Shown piece after piece: positions 6,966 through 13,243 of a stretch of DNA of 14,116 nucleotides; the first letter of the stretch is position 1, and each line of letters opens with the position of its first letter. The translations under genes and the position numbers were made by a program. Below the pieces are notes generated by a model. It saw nothing but the letters and a program-made list of their open reading frames with translations, was not told where the DNA came from and searched no databases. This DNA comes from Planctomycetota bacterium (GTDB lineage Bacteria; Planctomycetota; Brocadiia; Brocadiales; Brocadiaceae), in assembly GCA_016235875.1 (NCBI GenBank), contig JACRII010000063.1, positions 1-14,116 on the forward strand, written 5' to 3'.

Positions 6966-7041
6966 TTACTTTTATCTTTATTCTATAATTACCAATAAGT
7001 TATTTATGATATTTCAGATAAAACACTCAATAAGCATTACA

Positions 7042-8277
7042 TTATTTGCTGAACTTATTTATCACCAAACATGAATTATTTCCATCATAATCCATGGTAT
7101 TTATCAACACATTCTGGATTTCTTTTTTGAGGGGCTTTTCTATGATTAAATTCAGATTTATTTCTGGGTCCTTGTTGCTGTGATTGATGATGTGGGGTAT
7201 GAAACCTGTATTGATGGACATGACCGTAGAAATGAACTGTGCTGCGCCTGAAGCGCCGTAAGACTCCCCCACATTCGATTTGATTGCAGAGACTGGAATT
7301 TGACTGCATCCTGTGCCAAAATAAGATTGGATTGCCTTCGCCTCGACTTTATCCTGCATCTTGCATCCGTTTGCATTTGCACTGATGAGACCAACATCTT
7401 CTTTCTTAACTCCTGCACCTGTCAGGGCATCATGCATGGCTTTTTCGACACGTCGCACTCTTATGTCTTCCGGGTGTTTCTTGCCTCCTACAAATGTGCT
7501 TCCAAAGCCTCTTATTTCGGCATAAATGTGAGCACCCCGGTCTAATGCGTGTTGGAGTTCTTCAAGAATAATTACGTAACTGCCTTCTGACATGACAAAT
7601 CCGTTTCTTGTTTTATCAAAGGGCAGGCTTTCCTCTTTTACACCGTCTAGGCCGGACAGAAGGCCACGTAAATAAAATATCAGAAATAAATCAATGGAAA
7701 TCTGCTCTACCCCCCCTGCCAAGATTATCTTTGCCATACCTCTTTGAATCATTTTATAGGCATCCCCAAGGGCATCGGTACTTGACGTGAAACCAGCAGA
7801 AATAGTGCGCGCAAGTCCCTTGATTTTAAAGATGACCGATACGTAGTTAATTGACGAATTCAAGGCAACGTCGTAACTGAGCATGGGTGATAGTTCGGAT
7901 GGATTATTCCGGATAATTTCATAGAAATAGTCTGTCGTCTCAGAAAAATTGCCCAGAGACGAGCCTATGATAATCCCCATCTGATTCGACAACGACCCGT
8001 CCTGCGGCAGTTTTGCATCGTCCAACGCCATCTTAGAGGCAGACCCCAAAAACCGTGTGCCTTTGTTTAAATATTTTAAACCTTTGCTGCCGAGGTACAC
8101 TTCGGGTTTAAGGTCTCTGACCTCACCGCCCAGTTTGCATTTGTAAGGAGAGAGGTCGAGAGAAATCATGGGTGCGATGCCTGACTTTCCCTCAATGAGA
8201 TTATTCCAGAACGCCTCTTTGCCGCAGCCAAGAGGGGAGACAACTCCTATACCGGTAATAACGACTCTCTTTTTCAT
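7042..8277 (-). CDS. Ketosynthase-fold protein lacking the Cys-His-His triad (chain-length-factor / KS-beta-like partner)
   Basis: 411-aa ORF, alignable along its length to the KS at 8443-9654 (MKKRVVITGIGVVSPLG...). The active-site Cys position reads ISAGFTSS (Phe163, codon 7789-7791). The HGTGT position reads ANANGC. The GH-x-x-GA position reads GESYGASGA. Confidence 0.85.
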   Translation of the reverse strand: MKKRVVITGIGVVSPLGCGKEAFWNNLIEGKSGIAPMISLDLSPYKCKLGGEVRDLKPEVYLGSKGLKYLNKGTRFLGSASKMALDDAKLPQDGSLSNQMGIIIGSSLGNFSETTDYFYEIIRNNPSELSPMLSYDVALNSSINYVSVIFKIKGLARTISAGFTSSTDALGDAYKMIQRGMAKIILAGGVEQISIDLFLIFYLRGLLSGLDGVKEESLPFDKTRNGFVMSEGSYVIILEELQHALDRGAHIYAEIRGFGSTFVGGKKHPEDIRVRRVEKAMHDALTGAGVKKEDVGLISANANGCKMQDKVEAKAIQSYFGTGCSQIPVSAIKSNVGESYGASGAAQFISTVMSINTGFIPHIINHSNKDPEINLNLIIEKPLKKEIQNVLINTMDYDGNNSCLVINKFSK

Positions 8278-8280
8278 ATA

Positions 8281-8442
8281 CTTTTAACCACGGATTAACA
8301 CGGATGTACACAGATATAAAACATTATAACTCACCGCAAAGACGCAAAGTGCGCGAAGAATTAACCACAGATTACTACACACAAACACGGCTAAAGACGT
8401 AAATGATGGGTTCACTTCGCCCTTCGCACACTCAGGACAGGC
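8281..8442. repeat. Intergenic short-repeat debris (CACRGAT heptamers, AACCACRGATT x2, GC-rich tail)
   Basis: aaccacggatt is at 8286 and aaccacagatt at 8363. CACRGAT occurs at 8289, 8299, 8309 and 8366. The sequences ctcaccgcaaagacgcaaagtgcgcgaag and gggttcacttcgcccttcgcacactcaggacaggc resemble dispersed junk repeats seen in many uncultured-bacterium genomes. No ORF is present. Confidence 0.5.
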
Positions 8443-9654
8443 TTAACCCATCCTACTGAATATCGTGGTGGCGTTATTGCCGCCAAATGCGAATGAATTA
8501 TTGAGCACATGGCTTATTTTTAATTCTCGCGCCTTATTCGGTATATAATCAAGGTCACATTCCGGGTCGGGCGTTTCGTAATTGATTGTTGGAGGCGCTA
8601 TTCCATGCCTCAGTACCAGACAGCAGATGACCGATTCTACGGCGCTTGCTGCGCCCATAAGGTGACCAATCATGGATTTTGTGGAACTGCAAGGAATTTT
8701 ATAGGCACGTTCACCAAAGACGCGTTTTATGGCGGTGGTTTCTGTTTTGTCATTATGGGGAGTTCCTGTACCATGTGCGTTGATGTAACCAATGTCTGCT
8801 TGAGAAAGGGTTGCCATTTTTAATGCATCACTCATGCATTTTACAGCACCATCTCCTTCGGGATGTGGCGCAGTCATGTGGAATCCATCGCAACTCAGCC
8901 CGTAACCCGCCATTTCAGCAATAATCTGTGCCCCTCGTTTTTTCGCAAATTCATAGCGTTCCATGATCAATATTCCAGCCCCCTCGCCAATCATGAGGCC
9001 CTGGCGGTTTTTATCAAAGGGCTGGCAGCGTTCAGGCGCTAAGGCCTTGAGGTTGTGAAAGTGGGTAAATTCCGTTTGGGGAATCATGTCGCCACCCCCT
9101 ACCATCATCACGTCCACCTTGTTTTCCATAAGAAGCTCACACGCCCAGGCAATGGCGTGATTGCCAGACGAGCAGGCATTCAGCGAGATCATGGTTGGAC
9201 CTTCAAAATCAAAATATTGAGCCAGGATGTTTGTGATAGAATTGGGAGGATAAACGGCTGCAACGATTTTATCAAAACCGTTATCTTTTCTAGAAGTATC
9301 TAACCTCAGAAGCCTTTCAAAAGGCGTCAATTCGGCTGCTAATGTTCCCATGGCGATACCGAATCGCTCTTTATCGAAATTATTATCATTTAGTAAACCG
9401 CTTTCTTGCAGCGCCTCTCTAGCTGCATAGTAAACATATTTATGGATGGTGTTTTCCTTGATCTGGTTTTCCAATTCAAAATCCCACTGGAAATTCTTTA
9501 CCTCGCAGGAACGATGCACCTTGTATTTTGAGGTATCGAATGACTTCATCTCATTGGTGCCGTTCCTGCCCTGGATGAACGATTCCCAGCTTTGTTTGAC
9601 ACCGATTCCAACGGGTGTGACCAATCCCAATCCTGTAATTACGACCTTTGACAT
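8443..9654 (-). CDS. Beta-ketoacyl-ACP synthase, FabF/KAS II family, catalytically intact
   Basis: 403-aa ORF. Cys161 lies in ISLNACSSGN (codon 9172-9174 verified). His294 lies in INAHGTGTPHND. His331 lies in STKSMIGHLMGAASA. The C-terminus is the typical NSFAFGGNNATTIF. Confidence 0.9.
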   Translation of the reverse strand: MSKVVITGLGLVTPVGIGVKQSWESFIQGRNGTNEMKSFDTSKYKVHRSCEVKNFQWDFELENQIKENTIHKYVYYAAREALQESGLLNDNNFDKERFGIAMGTLAAELTPFERLLRLDTSRKDNGFDKIVAAVYPPNSITNILAQYFDFEGPTMISLNACSSGNHAIAWACELLMENKVDVMMVGGGDMIPQTEFTHFHNLKALAPERCQPFDKNRQGLMIGEGAGILIMERYEFAKKRGAQIIAEMAGYGLSCDGFHMTAPHPEGDGAVKCMSDALKMATLSQADIGYINAHGTGTPHNDKTETTAIKRVFGERAYKIPCSSTKSMIGHLMGAASAVESVICCLVLRHGIAPPTINYETPDPECDLDYIPNKARELKISHVLNNSFAFGGNNATTIFSRMG

Positions 9655-9677
9655 AGTGTTCGTTTTTTAAGTTATTA

Positions 9678-9766
9678 GTAGGGTGGATTAAGGCGTTGGT
9701 TTTTGCGCCGAATCCACCAAACTATTTCCAGGAAAGGTGGATTCGCACTTGCTTAATCCACCCTAC
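9678..9766. repeat. Nested inverted-repeat element carrying four GGTGGATT cores in + - + - order
   Basis: The outer arms gtagggtggattaag (9678-9692) and cttaatccaccctac (9752-9766) are perfect 15-bp complements. The inner arms cgaatccacc (9709-9718) and ggtggattcg (9736-9745) are perfect 10-bp complements around a 17-nt loop. Confidence 0.8.
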
Positions 9767-9814
9767 GCAAAACCGCATGAACAAAATGAAAATTCCTGAG
9801 CATTAAAACAAGAG

Positions 9815-9853
9815 AGGTCAACTATTCACCTTTCAATGCGAATAAGTTGACCT
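9815..9853. repeat. 9-bp inverted repeat (aggtcaact ... agttgacct) with a 21-nt loop
   Basis: 9815-9823 is the exact reverse complement of 9845-9853. It lies in the spacer between the radical SAM gene and the KS gene. Confidence 0.5.
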
Positions 9854-9924
9854 ACGATGATCAAACCACAAACGTTGAATTAGGCCTTTGGTGACTTATA
9901 CATACACATTTTCGCAACAGATGT

Positions 9925-9990
9925 CCACCCCCTTCACCCCCGCCAGCGGGGGACAGATGGTTGTCCCTCTCAGTGAGGGGGATTAAGAGG
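9925..9990. repeat. GC-rich hairpin element (REP-like), copy 2, with two short hairpins
   Basis: cccccg-ccag-cggggg spans 9937-9952 and ccctc-tcagt-gaggg spans 9965-9979. The lead-in ccacccccttcaccccc resembles the lead-in of the 3241-3282 element. It starts about 35 nt downstream of the radical SAM stop. Confidence 0.55.
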
Positions 9991-10024
9991 GAGGCGCGTT
10001 TGTTTGAAATTCCTAAACATTAAA

Positions 10025-11503
10025 TTATGATGATACCTCAACCGGCTTCAATTCAATCTTTTTTCCGGATGTTTCCATTTGACTGTGTCGTTTTAATGCC
10101 TCATCGTAAACCCCTGATGCTTGCAGTTCTTTTAAATTTTGAATCAAGTGTTGATAGACACTCTGCCAGTCCAGGTTTACTCTGAATGCAAACATGGCGG
10201 CATTCATGTTATCTTTATGTACTTCTTTTGCATTCTGGAATCTTTGCCGTAATACTTCTGTAGAGTAAATTTTGTCGTATAAATATTGGAAGCCATCAAT
10301 AAGTTCCTGGAGAGACATGTTTTTAAGGACGTAGGTTAGGTGATGAGACGTGTAATACTTCCAATCTTCAGGGAAGTCTGTCCTGAAAAGTCTTCCATCT
10401 CCGTTCAGTCTGTGATACAGCGGTGTATTGATGAATGGACATAGGATACCGCAGGTCATAATATCAACGTGCGAATCCAGGACGAAATCAGCAACCTGTT
10501 TAAAGGTTTCAGGGGTATCGGCATCGTTCCCAAAGACCATCGTCCCCCAAACAGCGAGACCGTGTTTACGTATATTGGCAATGGCCTCAAAATAATTCTC
10601 AATCGAGATGCGCAGGTTTACATTTTTATTCATCGTTTTCAGGGCTTCTTCATTGATGGATTCGATCCCAATTAATACCCCGACACACCCGCTCTTCTTC
10701 ATATATTCAAGGGTTTCGTCGTCCTGATAGATATTGAGAGATGTAAAACCGAACCAGTTTTGGTAAATTCCTCTTTCAACCATTCCCTTAAAAAGGTCTC
10801 GGACACGCTCATTGGATTTTTTGCTATGCCCATAAAAATTTTCATCCGTTAATATCAAACCGCGATATTGACCTTTGATGGATTCAAACTCATCAAGGAC
10901 ATCTTCAATCGGCCTTTCACGATATTTCCTGCCCTGGAACTGAGGCACTGAGCAGAACTCACAGCTAAATGGGCAACCCGCGGTTGTTATAATACCTGAA
11001 TACCGGTATTTATATTTATCCTTTAAATATTTCCTATCAGGACGCAATCCCTGATATAACTCCATCGGTGTCAGGACACCATCGTATCTTTTTTGGAGAC
11101 AGCCATTTTCAAAATCGCTAATAATCTTTTCCCATGTGGTTACGGCTTCTCTGGTCACGACACAATCCACGTATTTTGCCGCCTCTTCAGGATAACTGGT
11201 GACATGAATGCCGCCCATAATCACAGGTATACCCCGTTTTTTACAGGCAATTGCTATTTGATATGCACGATGTGCCTGATAACTCACCGATGTAATGCCA
11301 ACAAGGTCGGCTTCACCAAAGGTAATATTTCCTGTATCGTCAATCGCAAGCCCCTGGGTTTCATCTATAATATCAACCTGCCAGTGTTTTGGCGTTAATA
11401 CCTTTAGATATCCGAGATTTACAGGCATTTGATTTAATACAGAGACGTTTTCCTCGCCAACATTTCCAATCGGATGCGGGTTAATTAGTACGAGCTTTTT
11501 CAT
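10025..11503 (-). CDS. B12-binding domain-containing (class B) radical SAM enzyme
   Basis: 492-aa ORF. The N-terminus is a cobalamin-binding-type Rossmann segment (DLVGITSVSYQAHRAYQIAIACKKRGIPVIMGGIHVTSYPEEA). The CxxxCxxC motif is AGCPFSCEFCSV (Cys177/181/184, codons 10952-10975 verified). A long C-terminal extension is typical of this class. Confidence 0.9.
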   Translation of the reverse strand: MKKLVLINPHPIGNVGEENVSVLNQMPVNLGYLKVLTPKHWQVDIIDETQGLAIDDTGNITFGEADLVGITSVSYQAHRAYQIAIACKKRGIPVIMGGIHVTSYPEEAAKYVDCVVTREAVTTWEKIISDFENGCLQKRYDGVLTPMELYQGLRPDRKYLKDKYKYRYSGIITTAGCPFSCEFCSVPQFQGRKYRERPIEDVLDEFESIKGQYRGLILTDENFYGHSKKSNERVRDLFKGMVERGIYQNWFGFTSLNIYQDDETLEYMKKSGCVGVLIGIESINEEALKTMNKNVNLRISIENYFEAIANIRKHGLAVWGTMVFGNDADTPETFKQVADFVLDSHVDIMTCGILCPFINTPLYHRLNGDGRLFRTDFPEDWKYYTSHHLTYVLKNMSLQELIDGFQYLYDKIYSTEVLRQRFQNAKEVHKDNMNAAMFAFRVNLDWQSVYQHLIQNLKELQASGVYDEALKRHSQMETSGKKIELKPVEVSS

Positions 11504-11886
11504 GAATGTTCCTCATATTTTGGTACCAAAAGTACCTGTGCAATGGCATAATCCTGGCAATGTGATAATGATACTGCGATATCGCTAATATGTTTCCTGT
11601 CTGCCAATTCTTTTACACTTCCATAAAGATTCACGTAGGGCCTGCCATTTTCGTCGTTTAACAGTTCGATATCCGTCCATTTCATTTTACCAACCCAACC
11701 AGTTCCCAAGGCCTTGAACATGGCCTCTTTTGTAGCAAAGCGAGCTGCAAAATGCTGATATTTGTTTTTCTTTGGTTTACAATATTCAACCTCTTTTTCC
11801 GTGTAAATTTTTTTAAGAAAACCCTCATTGGCAGAAAACAATCTCTCAATGCGTTTTATTTCAATAATATCAATTCCAACATACAT
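11500..11886 (-). CDS. acpS: Holo-[acyl-carrier-protein] synthase (AcpS-type 4'-phosphopantetheinyl transferase)
   Basis: 128-aa ORF with GIDIIEIKRI, FAARFATKEAMFKALGTG and AVSLSHCQDYAIAQVLL, at the length typical of AcpS. Its TGA overlaps the radical SAM ATG in the sequence ATGA (11500-11503). Confidence 0.9.
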   Translation of the reverse strand: MYVGIDIIEIKRIERLFSANEGFLKKIYTEKEVEYCKPKKNKYQHFAARFATKEAMFKALGTGWVGKMKWTDIELLNDENGRPYVNLYGSVKELADRKHISDIAVSLSHCQDYAIAQVLLVPKYEEHS

Positions 11887-11958
11887 AAATATTTTGTTTT
11901 ACCTTCATGATCGTATTAAATACTTATAATGCAAGTATCTGTCATCACGACAGTTGGC

Positions 11959-11987
11959 ATTTTACAGATTTACAAAATTAATGTCAA
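11959..11987 (-). promoter_or_regulatory. Near-consensus sigma70-type promoter for the acpS-radical SAM(-KS) transcription unit
   Basis: The minus strand reads TTGACA (11987-11982), a 17-nt spacer, then TAAAAT (11964-11959). The -10 element lies about 72 nt upstream of the acpS ATG. This is the first intergenic gap over 300 bp upstream of the cassette. Confidence 0.5.
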
Positions 11988-12208
11988 TGACATTTTCCTG
12001 TGGAACAAAGCAAAATAAGTTGAATTGAATAATTGTATGTGGGCTGCTTATTTCAAATATACAGAAGATACTTACTCTGTGATTTGATCACATGGAGTGT
12101 AGAAAAAATTGAGTATCCGTGATTAAAAGTATTTTTTATGAGAGGGGGAGGAGGGTGCTCCACCTCAAGAAGAGATGAAACACCCAGCTCTGTGTTGGAA
12201 ATTTTACT

Positions 12209-12457
12209 TCAAAGTTTTTTATTCTTTTGGCTGTATTTTCTACCAATGTCTGCTGCTATATCATACCCTGATTTTTTAAAACATGACAGACATTCAATAT
12301 AATTATCGTTTTCCCGCAAACTGGGTAAAACCCCAGTTTCAAATGTACGTATCCCTAGTTCAGGAGATTGTTCTACAATTTGGAAGCTACTTGAGAATAT
12401 TCTAAATTTTTTAATATCACCACAGTTTGGACATGCCAAGAATATGTTTCCGTTCAT
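12209..12457 (-). CDS. Small 4-Cys zinc-ribbon protein, function unknown
   Basis: 82-aa ORF with CPNC (Cys9/12) and CLSC (Cys56/59). The C-terminus is basic. It is the last gene of the co-directional HD-GYP gene string. Confidence 0.55.
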   Translation of the reverse strand: MNGNIFLACPNCGDIKKFRIFSSSFQIVEQSPELGIRTFETGVLPSLRENDNYIECLSCFKKSGYDIAADIGRKYSQKNKKL

Positions 12458-12518
12458 AATATTGGGTCATTACTCCATAGTAATTTTGTTACCTTTTGGT
12501 AAATTTGTTAGTATTTTA

Positions 12519-12887
12519 TCACTGGATAAGGGTTTGTTCTGTTTCGAATTCGAATACGGTTTTAAATTCGTTAAAGAAGTAAGCCTCGCCGTAGCCGGAC
12601 ACATTCGAACCAGATAACGGAGTCCATGCAACGTAAATGGATTTTCCCATATTCAATTGTTCTGTAACTGCTTCATATTGGTGAACTGGGGCATAGAAAT
12701 GTATCTTCTCTTCCGAAAAGATTGCATCAGGTCTGCAAAAGTTTTCCTCCGCAAAATAGGCTGATGCGACATGATTTTCCCCAGAATACAGATCGATTAC
12801 TTTAGTTGCTTCTATTATTAAATCATGTTTATCGCTTGGACATTCTCGTAGGATATAGGTATCAATTCTGTGTGTTATAAATTCCAT
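12519..12887 (-). CDS. Hypothetical protein (122 aa), no recognisable motif
   Basis: Clean ORF beginning 23 nt after the preceding gene. Its composition matches its neighbours. I recognise no motif. Confidence 0.55.
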   Translation of the reverse strand: MEFITHRIDTYILRECPSDKHDLIIEATKVIDLYSGENHVASAYFAEENFCRPDAIFSEEKIHFYAPVHQYEAVTEQLNMGKSIYVAWTPLSGSNVSGYGEAYFFNEFKTVFEFETEQTLIQ

Positions 12888-12910
12888 CAGTAACTTTCAC
12901 CTTTTCATAA

Positions 12911-13234
12911 TTATAATAAATTTAACCCTACTTTTTTTAATTCCTGACGACGCTCCAGAATGCTAAAATATATAGATGGCCAGGATCTCTTTGCATAGAT
13001 AATAGGTATTCCTTTATTGCCGGCAATTTTTTTTATCTTGTACGCCAGATTATGATTTACGAAATCATAAAGGAGAATAATAAAGTCGGCATTATCAGGC
13101 ATTTTTCCGCGAATTTTCTGTCCACTCCTGCCGTTTAAGTGCTGAATTTTCGAGATACCAATTCTGTCAAGTTCCTTTGGAATGCACCCAAGATGATCCG
13201 CCCCAACAATTATTACTGACATTTTATAATTCAT
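12911..13234 (-). CDS. DUF2325-like small protein
   Basis: 107-aa ORF. MSVIIVGADHLGCIPKEL...ADFIILLYDFVNHNLAYKIKKIAGNKGIPIIYAKRSWPS matches the pattern I recall for DUF2325: VLIVGG..lG, then D-F-V-S-H, then a basic helix, then 'P.v...rS.S'. The true start may be the ATG at 13222. Confidence 0.7.
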   Translation of the reverse strand: MNYKMSVIIVGADHLGCIPKELDRIGISKIQHLNGRSGQKIRGKMPDNADFIILLYDFVNHNLAYKIKKIAGNKGIPIIYAKRSWPSIYFSILERRQELKKVGLNLL

Positions 13235-13243
13235 TTAATTAAT

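Noticed and set aside
7085-7790. ORFs 7085-7309 (-), 7158-7418 (-), 7300-7545 (+) and 7608-7790 (+) inside the dead-KS gene
   Set aside because: They are off-frame or antisense to a full-length KS-fold CDS and have no motifs.
9655-10024. Search for a hidden acyl carrier protein gene in the 370-bp rSAM-KS spacer
   Set aside because: No ORF of ACP size and no DSL/DSxD-type motif appears in any frame. The spacer is accounted for by inverted-repeat and hairpin elements.
8605-11398. Plus-strand ORFs 8605-8823, 9055-9303, 9446-9670, 10469-10675 and 11093-11398
   Set aside because: They are antisense shadows of the KS and radical SAM genes. ORF 9446-9670 only extends 16 nt beyond the KS start.
12100-12208. 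Imperfect hairpin gaggagg-gtgct-ccacctc downstream of the zinc-ribbon gene as a terminator or sRNA
   Set aside because: The stem has an internal mismatch and no U-tract, and conservation cannot be assessed here. The evidence is insufficient.
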